This document shows positions 1 through 12,320 of a stretch of 64,000 bases of DNA, one piece after another. Numbering within the stretch: the stretch's first letter is position 1; each line of letters begins with the position of its first letter. This DNA comes from Macrostomum hystrix (Eukaryota; Animalia; Platyhelminthes): contig CATNEN010000014.1 in the NCBI GenBank assembly GCA_950097015.1, positions 1,488,001-1,552,000 of the forward strand. The letters run 5' to 3'. The notes under the pieces are model-generated. The model made no database searches. It worked only from the letters and a program-made list of their open reading frames with translations, and had not been told where the DNA came from. The translations under genes were made by a program, and so were the position numbers.

Positions 1-1130
1 GGGGAGCCAGCATGGAGGAGCTTGTCGTTGAGGGCCGGAAGCATGTGGTGAGGACCGACACAGAGGAGGTCAGCTGGAGTCAGCGGTGACGGGTCTGCTG
101 GGTCGCTGGAGACGGTAGTCAGTGGCCGGCAATTGAGGATGGCTTTGATCTTGACGAGAAGAGTGTGGAGCTCCTCGTCTGAGATTTGCTTGCGCAAAAA
201 GGCAGGACGTAGGCTGGACTTGGTCAGTGCGACGTTTGACTGCTCCTTTGACTGCTTGACTGCAGTTTGACTGCAGTTTGACTGCTCCTTGATGCCACGG
301 GGCGCGGACTGGAACGAGTTTGAATTCAAGGGGCCGTTGTGCGGCCATCGGTTGGAAGTCGGCGTGTGCAGCTTCCTCTAAAACGCGGTACCAATGTGGT
401 TCGTCAGAAACTCGCTAGCTGCTTGAAAAGCAGTGGCCCGGTCCAGAGAGATAGTGCATTTTGTGAGGCCGCGACGGCTCAAGAAGCGCTCGAATGCGTG
501 AATGATATCGTTAGCGGAGTAGTCTTAGAGGACCTCGATGTGAACTGCGCGGGTCGTACAGCAGGTAATGAGAAGGTGAAGACGGGACCAAGTTGGTCGA
601 CAAGCACAAATTAGCAAAAGGGCCGGCTTCGATTTTGAGGCGCTATTTGGGCAGTGGGCCGTGTGCTGGCAGCTGGTGTGGTGAACCTTTTGCAAGGCGA
701 CACTGGATGCAGCTGGCGAGGGTGTCGCGGACAGTGAGGAGCCCTTTCGGGATCCAGTATTTTTGGCGGAGCATGGCGAGAACGTTAGAAGCACCGGCGT
801 GGCAGTTTTCACGGTGGATGAGCAGGGCAAGTAGCGGCCGTGTCAGGCGATGGTCGGGTGGCAGCAACAGCGGGTACTTGGAACCCTCGTCCATGGAGGC
901 ATTGGAAAAACGGCTACCAAGGCGAAGGAGACCGTCGGAGAGGTGCAGGTCCATCTGGGGGATCCGTAGCTGAATATCGGGTGAAAGGCGCTGCGCAGCT
1001 GAGCTCCGCTAAGGTGGCGGAAGTTCTCATGACGTTACAGCTGAATCCGCTGTTGACCAGCACGACGTTTAGCTTAGTGTGGTGCGAAGAAAACGTAAGG
1101 CCCCAGCCGGCCAAGCATGCGTCATTTTAT
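1..1130 (-). mobile_element. BEL/Pao LTR retrotransposon pol remnant (RNase H end and integrase), frameshifted
   Basis: Minus ORF 643-954 reads LRLGSRF...KYPLLLPPDHRLT...HRENCHAGASNVLAMLRQKYWIPKG...CIQC, the HHCC integrase zinc finger as seen in BEL/Pao. ORF 70-348 has [13 protein letters not shown] (cf. W.F.PP.APW.GG). ORF 914-1114 has SATDPPDGP. The pieces lie in different frames. Confidence 0.8.
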
Positions 1131-1389
1131 TAGAGCAAACCGGGGGGTGGTGCAACTATCGATTGGCATATCGACGTACATATCGCAAGCAGATAATTGG
1201 TTGGGCCAATGCACGCGGTTCTAGGCACAGCTAGCCAACATTCCGAGCACACATGTTAGATTAGAATATTACACTATCCTATCCAAGATGCTAATCATGA
1301 TTTTAAGCGGAAAAAGATAACCTCGCTTTAAAGCCATGAAAAAGAAAAATCAGAAAAAATATGCGACCTATTTTAACTTATTTCAAAAC

Positions 1390-3110
1390 ATATCCCCTCA
1401 ACCCAATAGACCATGCTAGCACTTTGATATATTATAATATCCATTGACAAAGCTTGATAACCCCTCAACCCAATAGACCATGCTAGCACTTTGATATATT
1501 ATAATATCCATCGACAGAGCTTGATATCCCCTCAACCCAATAGACCATGCTAGCACTTTGATATATTATAATATCCATCGACAGAGCTTGATATCCCCTC
1601 AACCCAATAGACCATGCTAGCACTTTGATATATTATAATATCCATTGACAAAGCTTGATATCCCCTCAACCCAATAGACCATGCTAGCACTTTGATATAT
1701 TATAATATCCATCGACAGAGCTTGATATCCCCTCAACCCAATAGACCATGCTAGCACTTTGATATATTATAATATCCATCGACAGAGCTTGATATCCCCT
1801 CAACCCAATAGACCATGCTAGCACTTTGATATATTATAATATCCATCGACAGAGCTTGATATCCCCTCAACCCAATAGACCATGCTAGCACTTTGATATA
1901 TTATAATATCCATCGACAGAGCTTGATATCCCCTCAACCCAATAGACCATGCTAGCACTTTGATATATTATAATATCCATTGACAAGGCTTGATATCCCT
2001 TCAACCCAATAGACCATGCTAGCACTTTGATATATTATAATATCCATTGACAAAGCTTGATATCCCCTCAACCCAATAGACCATGCTAGCACTTTGATAT
2101 ATTATAATATCCATCGACAGAGCTTGATATCCCCTCAACCCAATAGACCATGCTAGCACTTTGATATATTATAATATCCATCGACAGAGCTTGATATCCC
2201 TTCAACCCAATAGACCATGCTAGCACTTTGATATATTATAATATCCATTGACAAAGCTTGATATCCCCTCAACCCAATAGACCATGCTAGCACTTTGATA
2301 TATTATAATATCCATCGACAGAGTTTGATATCCCCTCAACCCAGTAGACCATGCTAGCACTTTGATATATTATAATATCCATTGACAAGGCTTGATATCC
2401 CCTCAACCCAATAGACCATGCTAGCACTTTGATATATTATAATATCCATCGACAGAGCTTGATAACCCCTCAACCCAATAGACCATGCTAGCACTTTGAT
2501 ATATTATAATATCCATCGACAGAGTTTGATATCCCCTCAACCCAATAGACCATGCTAGCACTTTGATATATTATAATATCCATTGACAAGGCTTGATATC
2601 CCCTCAACCCAATAGACCATGCTAGCACTTTGATATATTATAATATCCATCGACAGAGCTTGATATCCCCTCAACCCAATAGACCATGCTAGCACTTTGA
2701 TATATTATAATATCCATCGACAGAGTTTGATATCCCCTCAACCCAATAGACCATGCTAGCACTTTGATATATTATAATATCCATTGACAAGGCTTGATAT
2801 CCCCTCAACCCAATAGACCATGCTAGCACTTTGATATATTATAATATCCATCGACAGAGCTTGATAACCCCTCAACCCAATAGACCATGCTAGCACTTTG
2901 ATATATTATAATATCCATCGACAGAGCTTGATATCCCCTCAACCCAATAGACCATGCTAGCACTTTGATATATTATAATATCCATCGACAGAGCTTGATA
3001 TCCCCTCAACCCAATAGACCATGCTAGCACTTTGATACATTATAATATCCATTGACAAGGCTTGATATCCCCTCAACCCAATAGACCATGCTAGCACTTT
3101 GATATATTAT
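1390..3110. repeat. 67-bp tandem satellite, about 25-26 copies
   Basis: Unit atatcccctcaacccaatagaccatgctagcactttgatatattataatatccat(c/t)gaca(g/a)agcttg; cccctca recurs at 1394, 1461 and 1528 (period 67). Confidence 0.97.
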
Positions 3111-3112
3111 CA

Positions 3113-3735
3113 AATGCTGAGCCTAGATAATTATCAATGCTGAGCCTAGATAACTATCAATGCTGAGCCTAGATATCTATCAACGCTTTTGGAAGTAACT
3201 AAGCAATTAAGTAAGCAAGTATCAAAAAAGATTTTACTTGCTACCAAGAAAAGCCGATCACTTGAATCAATTCAGTTCTCAGCTGTTGCCTTTTGGAGTA
3301 TGCTGTGATGTGAATCTGCTATAATTGAAATCTGCTATATCTGCCAAATGGGTTTGAATAAAACTTAATAAATAAATAAAAAATATCTTCAGTGCCGAAC
3401 AGATAACAGAAGCCAGCTCAGCCTGTGCACATTGGGCAGTAATTATCTCGCATGTGGGGTTGACACAGCTATGCACATTTGGGTGAGAAATTTCTTATCA
3501 GTTCGCTCGCCTAACAAAACTGGCTCTGATGCAATCATTAAAATTGGCACTGGAGTCTCACTGTGCACAAGCTGAAAACAAGAACGCATTAGAAAAGCCT
3601 ATATAAAACAGTTTTTCGAATATATTTAATCCCCTTGGCAATGGAATTAAGCTTAATAAAAATACGTAAACCGATTCCGGCCCATTTGTGATCTTTTGGC
3701 GAAGGAATTGTGAAAATCGGTTGAGCCGTTCGGGA
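3113..3735 (-). mobile_element. Helitron-family non-autonomous segment, inverted relative to 45360-45870
   Basis: Reverse complement matches 45360-45870 (aattccttcgccaaa..gatcacaaatgg, ttgcatcagagccagttttgttaggcgagcg). Contains the core ctcccgaacggctcaaccgatttt and three copies of the 23-bp gcattgatagttatctaggctca unit at 3113-3185. Confidence 0.65.
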
Positions 3736-4316
3736 GCTAGTCGATTGCAAACATACAAGCAAGCAAGCAAGCAAGATTTTTTGCATGCGTTAAGCAAAAA
3801 ATCAATATAAAAATATTTTACTCGAATAGCTGGTGTAGTCTTCAACAGAAATATAGTTAGGAGTCGAATTGAAAAAAAACTTACCGAAGTCAGTTTGCGC
3901 ATTCAACAGGACTAGGCAGCCCACACATGTAAAATTCGGCATTCCTTGCCTTTAATTTCTGTTTACAAAATAATGCTGCTTTTTATGAATAGTGAAAATT
4001 GAAAAAAAAGAAATTTTCTTGCATACGTTAAGCAAATAATCAAGCAACCAAGCAACATAGGGATTCCTTCCTAAAGCAATTTTTAGGAAACTTTGAAACC
4101 TGTCTGGTACTTATGCCAGCTCTACTCCCCTGTGTAAAAGTCAGTCGAAAAGACGTCTTTTCGACCCCTACGGTCCGATCTTACCCTTCGTCAGCTCAGC
4201 TAAATAATCGAGTTAGCTGCTGAAAACGTATTAAGAGGCCTTGTTTTCAGTTATTTATGCATTTAAAAGAAGAAAAAATATGTACTTCCAACAGTCTGAT
4301 TTCAGTCCGAAAAAGG
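3735..4316 (-). repeat. Left arm of a long inverted repeat (partner 9531-10190)
   Basis: gtaaaagtcagtcgaaaagacgtcttttcgacccctacggtccgatc at about 4135 is the reverse complement of about 9670-9715; similarity extends over about 580 bp. Confidence 0.9.
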
Positions 4317-7300
4317 ACGACGCGTCCGCCGGCATGGTCCGTTTTGAGTTCTCAAAAGGACGACGAGGAGGACGATGCTCCGAAAAAAATTACTATCGTT
4401 CTACCTTACAGCATGTGTCCACTTGACTAAAATATGCAGCTTCTAATTAAAAATTTCGGAATTTATGCTATTGTGTAAATATTTTATATCGGTCGCTTTC
4501 CAACCCCTTTTAGTCCTTTTTTGATCTACTGTCCAGAACCTAACAGAACATGCTTGAAATACTACTCGTATTTAAACGTTAGTAGTGCAGCAAGTTAAAT
4601 GTTCGGTTTGTACTCGTATAATCGAATATTAGTATTAAGATATAACTTATTTACAATCCATATACTTACTGTTTTACTGATCAGTGAGGGCAAAGAAATA
4701 AAATGTATTAGAAAGAAGGCTACCAACTTCCACTGCACAATATTCCATCACTATCTGCGATCATCTCTATCTCCAAGAGCCCACATTGTCTCCCGTGAAC
4801 AATCAATCTAGACACCGTCTCCCATAGCTAGACAATCTAGCCACTCTCCGCAATAAACAGTGTTGCTATAGTAACTGTCTTTCTAGCTATGGGCTAGCTA
4901 CCTAGAAAATCTTCGAGATTTTGATCTACTCATAGTAGCTACCCACTGTCTCCCATAGAACTACCCCAATTCCCCAATTCCCCAATCCTGGAAGTAACAC
5001 TGTGTTTTTCGCAAATAACGGTGGTAGACAATAATCTGTAATTTTATTTCTCATTGACAGTGTCAATGACGCTTAAAAATTTGGAAATCTACGTTCATAA
5101 ATTTGATTATAGGCAATCGTTATAGACAAAGATAAATATGCAAATTGGGTCTAAAAAATCAGAATTTCTTCCAGATGTTCTCCATGAACATCTGACGCCC
5201 GGTACACGGTCAGGTGCGTCAAGAAATGGAAGCTGCGGATGACATTGATATTAGTGTTTATTCTAAGATGTGCTCCTCAGAAGTTCGAGCGTCATGAAAC
5301 TGTTGCCGTACAGTTCAGCGGCATAATCACTGCAATATAACTGTTTGTCGCGAGAAATAAATTCGAAAATACGTTTTTAATAATTAATAGACACAACAGG
5401 CATTTTGTACGAAAGAAACGCTTAAATTGCCTTTATCATGAATATGTGTGCTCTTTTATGATTGGCTCCTTCAGCTTTCCCGTTTTGAGTTCTGTAATTT
5501 ACTGTTGGTCTGCTCAATCTCACTTTTCTGTAGTTGCTTCGCATTTAGTACCCTGCAAAAATGTAATTCTACAAAAAATTTTCCGGTTTGTGTGCAATCT
5601 GCCTATAATATGGCTTACATCCGATATGTATACACATACTTGGTGTTTACTTTTTTCTCTCGCTATGCATCCTTTTACTATTTTTACAGAAAATTAAACG
5701 TTATTTCTGCGGGCAATTAAGCAGCCACAGTCAAACTTATTCTTTATACTAAACTGCGTTGCAAAAAATGTATATTTATTTTCGTTGATCATAATGCTGA
5801 CACAGCTAGTGCTTTCACCTGTGATCGAATATTTTGGGATCGTTTTCCTGAAAGCGGCTCAACTATGTCTACAAGACTTAATAAGTCTTAATACGGATAT
5901 TCAAAACTTATAAGCAATTTAGTGCAGCTCCCCATGGTATATTATGCAGCATCACCTATGTATACACATTACCATAGAATATACCACCACGGGCACCAGG
6001 GGAGAATATTCTACAGAAACTACAAAGAAGGCACAAACAGTTGTCAGTCATATACTCGGCAGCTGGCACTTGTCGGCTAGCAGTTGTCTAGACTGGCAGT
6101 TGTCGGGTGGCAGTGGCAGTCTTCCGGCTAGCAGTTGTCTGGACTGGCAGTTGTTGGCTTTACTGAATTACTGATAATTTACTTGTTAATCCATTTACTG
6201 ATCACTGATTTGCACATATTATATTATTTCTGATCAAAGTACTAAGACAACGTCAGGTTCGTAGACATCTAAAAAACCTGTGTAAGAATTCTGCCACGTA
6301 TGCATACACACACGTATAAGCTGGTACATAAAATTAAGCAAAATTACAAATTTCGCTCTCATTTGTCCTTGTCATAAATCCTGCACGCTGCAGAGTCACT
6401 GCACTGACCATCTGCACCTTTTCACGTTCAATTTTGATCAAATTCCAGATCAATTCTATCAGATCAGATCAATCTTATAGATTCCTAAAAGAACTAGGCT
6501 AGTAATGAAGTCGGTGACTTATTACGGGATGAGTGAGCCGTGATGCATATAAAAGTACTGATAAAGACTTTTATAGGCAGGGGCCTCCCATAGGGTCAGT
6601 GCAGAGTTAAAAAACACGTGATGGAATCACGTGGTTTCTAAAAATAGCAACTGACGTCATCGGCGCCAGAAACGTCACTTCCTACGTAGGCTCCTGTCCC
6701 ATAATCAAAGCCCCAAGTGCAGTAAACATGTTTACGCGCACTTTAACAGACAAAGAGAGAGGCCAGTCACATGAGGAGAATCACGTGCTGACTGAGGGCA
6801 GACAGACACACACAAAGAAAAGGACAGGGAACAACGAAGCCAGCGCGGGACAAAGAGGTGATGACTCATCCTTGGGGGGGAGGAAACAGCACACTCAAAT
6901 TACAGGCGCGGCCGGGGAAGGGAAGGGCAGAGAGGGGCAGACCAGACAACGCCAGAGAGGGCGGTCCGGGCAGCCACTCAATGCCAGCAAAAGGGGACAC
7001 CTAAGCTACCTTGCAGGTGGGACTACTGACAGCTAGTGAGACACCAATAGGCCCCTAAGCAGTGGCTCACTACATTATATGCGAAACTTACATGCGATTA
7101 CTTAACCATTTTGGCACAATTTTCACTCAAGGTTGCATTATTTGTCGGATGAAAAAAACACGTTTTATAAATGAAAATCAATACTGTACATCTGAAATGT
7201 GATGCACAGCTTCAAGTGACATGTCATTGTCTTGGCAACATCTAGACGCATCTATTGAGACAATTTTCAATGACATTGGGGCAAAGAACAACATTTTATT

Positions 7301-9530
7301 AGAGTAAACTCGAAAATGCAGCTTCTCTTAAAAGTACTGCATCGTGTACTGACGCTCAATCAATGTTCACAGGCAGGCATGGATGCTGTCCTTTTGACGA
7401 GGGCTCTAAATGCTATTCAACGACACCAAACTGGATTCGAGAAATTGCACTGCTAAAATCTTATGAGTAATCTTATGAGAAATTGGCATAGGCCCTTGGT
7501 GTCAAAATTGCTGCCATGTGTCTTCCATTTCGAAAAATCGAATTTTCCAGCACTAATGCAGCTGCTCATCGGATGCAGCATAGTATTGGGTACATTTCGT
7601 CTCTGTACATAAAAAAATTCGCAAGACCGTTTTTTACAAAAATTACCTTTTAAGGTTCGAAAAATTGCATGATTTATTCAATTTCTACAAAAACAACAAG
7701 TTTTCCAACTGCAAAGCAAGATTTAGCATCTTGAATGTGACGCTGACTTTAAGTTGACATGTCATTCTCTTTCAAACATCCACATGCGTCTTATATTGAC
7801 ACAATTTTCAACTCAATGCGACAAAGTGCACTATCACAGGAGCAGAGATGGCAAACTTTTTCTCTCATACGTACACCTGTACAAGTACATATTTTAGTAC
7901 AGATGGCCAACTACTGAATGTGTGTACACGAGTCTAGTATCAAATGAAAGAGGGTCCTAAATGCAATTCAGCAACGCTAAGCGCAACACCAACGGATGCA
8001 GCAATCAAAAGTTATGGCTGATCCCGTTTTGCATGTTTTAGCCTCCCAGGGGGTCAAAATTTGGGATTTTCGCATCCACCTTCGGGGCAAGTCTATGATT
8101 AAAAAATTCAAAATATACATTTTGTGCGCACACTTGTTGCGCTTCTAAAAACTGAAGCCGAATTCAAATCGCACACCAAATACGTTCTGGCCATGCAGTT
8201 TTGTACCTCGAAAAGTGACGAAAAATGACCAAAAACACGTTTTTAAGTTTTAATTACCCACATCTTTGGTAAACAACATCCAAGCAGTCTGAAAACAACA
8301 TTGTCGTATAGGCGACACCCAAGAAAGTTGGTTGACATGTGTTGAAATGCAATTCAAGTCACATGTCTGTGCCATAGAGGCGTCCAAAGTGCCCCCTGTA
8401 CTAAAGGTACTTTAAAAGTGCACATTTTTTCAATCACAAAAGTCATGGTCAAAAGGTTTTTTCACCATCAAGTAGGCCCGTGTGTTAGGGTTACGACCCA
8501 GCAAGTCAACGTTTAAAAACATGCACATTTTTTCAACCTCAAAAACCCTTTTTTGACCCTTTGACCCAGAAGATGGGTCAGCAAGAAAAAATCCATATCA
8601 AATCATTGTAGGCTTCTATAGCCCGCATCGACTGGATAGAGCCACTTGGCGAAACCATAAAATTCCAAAATAAGCGCCGAGAGACCAATTTTTGTCATGT
8701 CTTAAAAGAGCATGTTTTTGGTTGCCATGGCAACGCTTTTCACTTCAGTACATAGACCCAAGTCTTTTACATGTTTTGCAAAAAAACCGCATCCAAATCG
8801 GTTCAACTGGGCAAAAGCGGCAATCGCTAAAAGTTGAAAACCGTGCTTTCCTATCCCGACACGTTGGTTACATCTTATCAAGATGAGATATCGCATCCGT
8901 AATGACCAAGAGAAAGCCGAGCGTAAGCGTACATTGATGCGGCTTCCTCTTGGCCATTTCTGGCTCACTCATCCCAACTAGCTAGACACGCCTACTATGC
9001 ATATGCTAAGCGAACCGCAGCTGACAACTGTTTCTATGACAATATTATTACCTTCTTTTGTCTGTACTTTCAAATTTACCGCATTGTAAATATTTAAATA
9101 AATACGAATGCGTTAGAATGGAATATATGCTGCCATGGAAACATCTCTCATTCACACTATTTGTACGATTCGTGCATTCTACTGTTTTATTTCGAATTCT
9201 GAAGATAATGAGATTGGGACAGTGGAGCGATGAGGCAGGAATAAGATGAGACAGGGATTTTGGATGAGACGGATGCGATAAGACAGGGGAGCTATATGAC
9301 ACAGTTGGTATATGAGAGATGAATCCTACTCTGGTTGATTTTCTCCAGCGTCTCCCAGGTGCACTGAAAAACAACAACAACAACAAAATACGCTGTCAGG
9401 TGGAAAAAAACAGCGTCACAGTACACGCCGTCAGTGTCCGGGGCGCCAGCATCAGAAAAGATTGAAAAATTGAAAATGTAGCCAGCAATAGAAAAAATGC
9501 TGGCTGTGTAGCCCACCCCAATTGTGGCGG

Positions 9531-10212
9531 ACCTTTGGCGGACTGAAATCAAACTGTAGGAAGTACACATTTTTTTCATCTCTAAAATGCATTTATAACT
9601 GAAATCAAGACCTCTTAAGACGTTTTCAGCAGCTAACTCGATTATTTAGCTGAGTTGACGAAAGGTAAGATCGGACCGTAGGGGTCGAAAAGACGTCTTT
9701 TCGACTGACTTTTACACAGGGGAGTAGAGCTGGCATAAGTACCAGACAGGTTTCAAAGTTTCCTAAAAATTGCTTTAGGAAGGAATCCCTATGTTGCTTG
9801 GTTGCTTAATTATTTGCTTAACGTATGCAAGAAAATTTCTTTTTTTTCAATTTTCACTATTCATAAAAAGCAGCATTATTTTGTAAACAGAAATTAAAGG
9901 CAAGGAATGCCGAATGTTACAAGTGTGGGCTGCCTAGTCCTGTTGAATGCTCAAACTGACTTCGGTTTTTTTTCAATTCGACTCTAAACCACAGATAATA
10001 TATAACTTATATATTATATATATAATAAAAGTTATATATTATCTGTGCTCTAAACTAAACTTCTGTTGAAGACTCCACTAGCTATTCGAGTAAAATATTT
10101 TTATATTGATTTTTTGCTTAACGCATGCAAAAAATATAATAAACTAAAAATATAAATCTTGTATGTATGTTTGCAATCGACTAGCTCCCCAGAGGGTAGC
10201 GAAAGCCGGCTA
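9531..10212 (+). repeat. Right arm of the long inverted repeat, ending in a Helitron-like 3' terminus
   Basis: Reverse complement of 3735-4316; ends gctccccagagggtagc-gaaagccgg-CTAG followed by T. Confidence 0.75.
9990..10047. mobile_element. 58-bp TIR-only mini DNA transposon with 8-bp TSD
   Basis: 19-bp perfect TIR cacagataatatataactt / aagttatatattatctgtg; flanked by ctctaaac at 9982-9989 and 10048-10055; absent from the homologous left arm. Confidence 0.85.
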
Positions 10213-11603
10213 GTCTTCTTCTTATCCGTCCTTCCTTCCTTCCTTCCTTCCATCCATCCAACTTCCAACTATACTAAATCTCTAAAGTCTGTCTGTCTGT
10301 CTGTCTGTCTGTCTGTGGAATTTCGATACACAGGCTAAATGCCTCAACCAAATTTGATCGCGTTTTTTGCTAAACATGCCAAATTATACTGGCATGAGAC
10401 CTTGAAAATTTCGTTAGTCTGCTTCAACGCTAACAATATTCAATATTCGAAAAACGAGTTTTCCTATTGCTTTCAATAGGAGGCCAAACAAGGTTAAATT
10501 AGAATAGGGCCGGACACTGTCAGCTTTATTAGATTGCATCGGTGCTTTTTCTCGCCCGCGCGTGCATTGGTATAGCACAGAACAGCTGGGCCCTATACTC
10601 TCAATTGAATAGGATTGCGTCACTGCTTTTCGACCCGTACGTACGTTTATAAATTTGTCTCTTGGCTGATCGAGTGATTTCATTTGAATACGCAAAACGT
10701 ACATAGCAGATTTCATGATTGGGCTTTTATGATGCTCAATGCTAGCGAGACCTCTCCTCCTCCTTTCTATCCATAAAACTGCAGCCTTTCTATTGTCAAA
10801 CCTTGTCTCGACTTCGATCATTGTGCCGCTTTCTTTTCATCTAGCTCCGAAGTAAAGTACTTTAATGCTTTTGTAGAATGCAGGTAGAATTTCAGCATCG
10901 GTTTTGTTACTGCTTCTTTTTCTTTTAATTTTCTAATCATCAGCAGTAAAAACGTAAGCTCCTGTTTATTAGTATTTTTGGGCATTTTTGGGTTCGAGTA
11001 TAAATACGAGTAAGTAAGTAAGCGATTTTGGTTAGCTACTGTCGAAGCAGATATTTGTTAGCTTTATTATTCCTGTACTCGCTTTCAGAAAATAGTATTC
11101 GTTTTAGAGTAAAGCAGCAAGTTTTATTCGATAATAAAACTTAGGAAATATTTTTGTGCATAGCTGCAGGCGTTATCACAATTGAGAACTGCAAGAAAAA
11201 TATTGAGCACAGCTAAGAGCGTAAATTATTTCAAATTTTTCTTTTTTTGAGCATTGTTTTAGGCGTTATTCGATCAAAAAAATAGCTTATTTAATAATAA
11301 TAATTATAAAACTTTATTCGACGAACACTGATCGAAACCGTTTTCTAAAGTGCTCAACGATTTTCTAAATGTGTTTAACAGTTTTCTAAATGTATCTACA
11401 GTGCCACATGTAACAGGAGATGTAACAGGAGATATTTGTTGCCTTCTGGGCTGAGTAAAACGATGGACACATCGTTTCTATGCTATTTGGGGGCAATGGT
11501 TTCCTGTCAAAGAAAAAGGGCAAAAATTTCTTGCTGCGAGTTTGGTAGCCTGCAAGTAGCCTCCATTCTGGTATTATGGAGGTTCTCTTCTGTTTGGAGA
11601 ACA

Positions 11604-11957
11604 TTAGTTCTCTGCTGCTGGGGAAATTAGTTCTCTGCTGCTGGGGGAATTAGTTCTCTGCTGCTGGGGGAATTAGTTCTCTGCTGCTGGGGGAATTAGT
11701 TCTCTGCTGCTGGGGGAATTAGTTCTCTGCTGCTGGGGGAATTAGTTCTCTGCTGCTGGGGGAATTAGTTCTCTGCTGCTGGGGAAATTAGTTCTCTGCT
11801 GCTGGGGAAATTAGTTCTCTGCTGCTGGGGGAATTAGTTCTCTGCTGCTGGGGGAATTAGTTCTCTGCTGCTGGGGAAATTAGTTCTCTGCTGCTGGGGG
11901 AATTAGTTCTCTGCTGCTGGGGAAATTAGTTCTCTGCTGCTGGGGAAATTAGTTCTC
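11604..11957 (+). repeat. 23-bp minisatellite A (ttagttctctgctgctgggggaa); also 16209-16861, 21113-21765, 26018-26417, 37316-37602, 42006-43662
   Basis: Period 23 read directly (16209, 16232); approximately 15, 28, 28, 17, 12 and 70 copies in units 1-6. Confidence 0.97.
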
Positions 11958-12320
11958 ATGGCAAAACCAGCGTTTGAATCATGGCTAAACTAGAGTTTGA
12001 ATCATGGCTAAACCAGAGTCTGAATCATGGCTAAACCAGAGTCTGAATCATGGCTAAATTTACGTTTGAATCATGGCAAAACCAGAGTTTGAATAATGGC
12101 TAAACAAGAGTTTGAATCATGACTAAATCAGAGTTTGAATCATGGCTAAACCACAGTTTGAATCATGGCTAAACCAGAGTTTGAATCATGGCTAAACCAG
12201 AGTTTGAATCATGGCTAAACCAGCGTTTGAATCATGGCCAACCAGCGTCTGAATCATGGCTAAACCAGAGTTTATATCATGGCTAAACCAGAGTTTGAAT
12301 CAAAGCTGAACCAGAACTGG
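11958..12320 (+). repeat. 23-bp minisatellite B (atcatggctaaaccagagtttga); also 16862-17224, 21766-22128, 26418-26820, 37603-37792 plus 39596-39765
   Basis: Degenerate tandem copies immediately following array A in each unit. Confidence 0.95.

Noticed and set aside
1440-1530. Apparent compensatory covariation c..g / t..a in the 67-mer (tcgacaga versus ttgacaaa)
   Set aside because: Only a 2-bp stem; linkage of variants through concerted evolution explains it.
6400-6604. 11-bp inverted repeat ctgcactgacc / ggtcagtgcag (MITE?)
   Set aside because: Short match, no TSD and no second copy in the window.
10925-10955. CTGATGA on the minus strand (hammerhead ribozyme core?)
   Set aside because: No convincing stem II or stem III pairing around a GAAA; the flanks are A-rich and vary between units.
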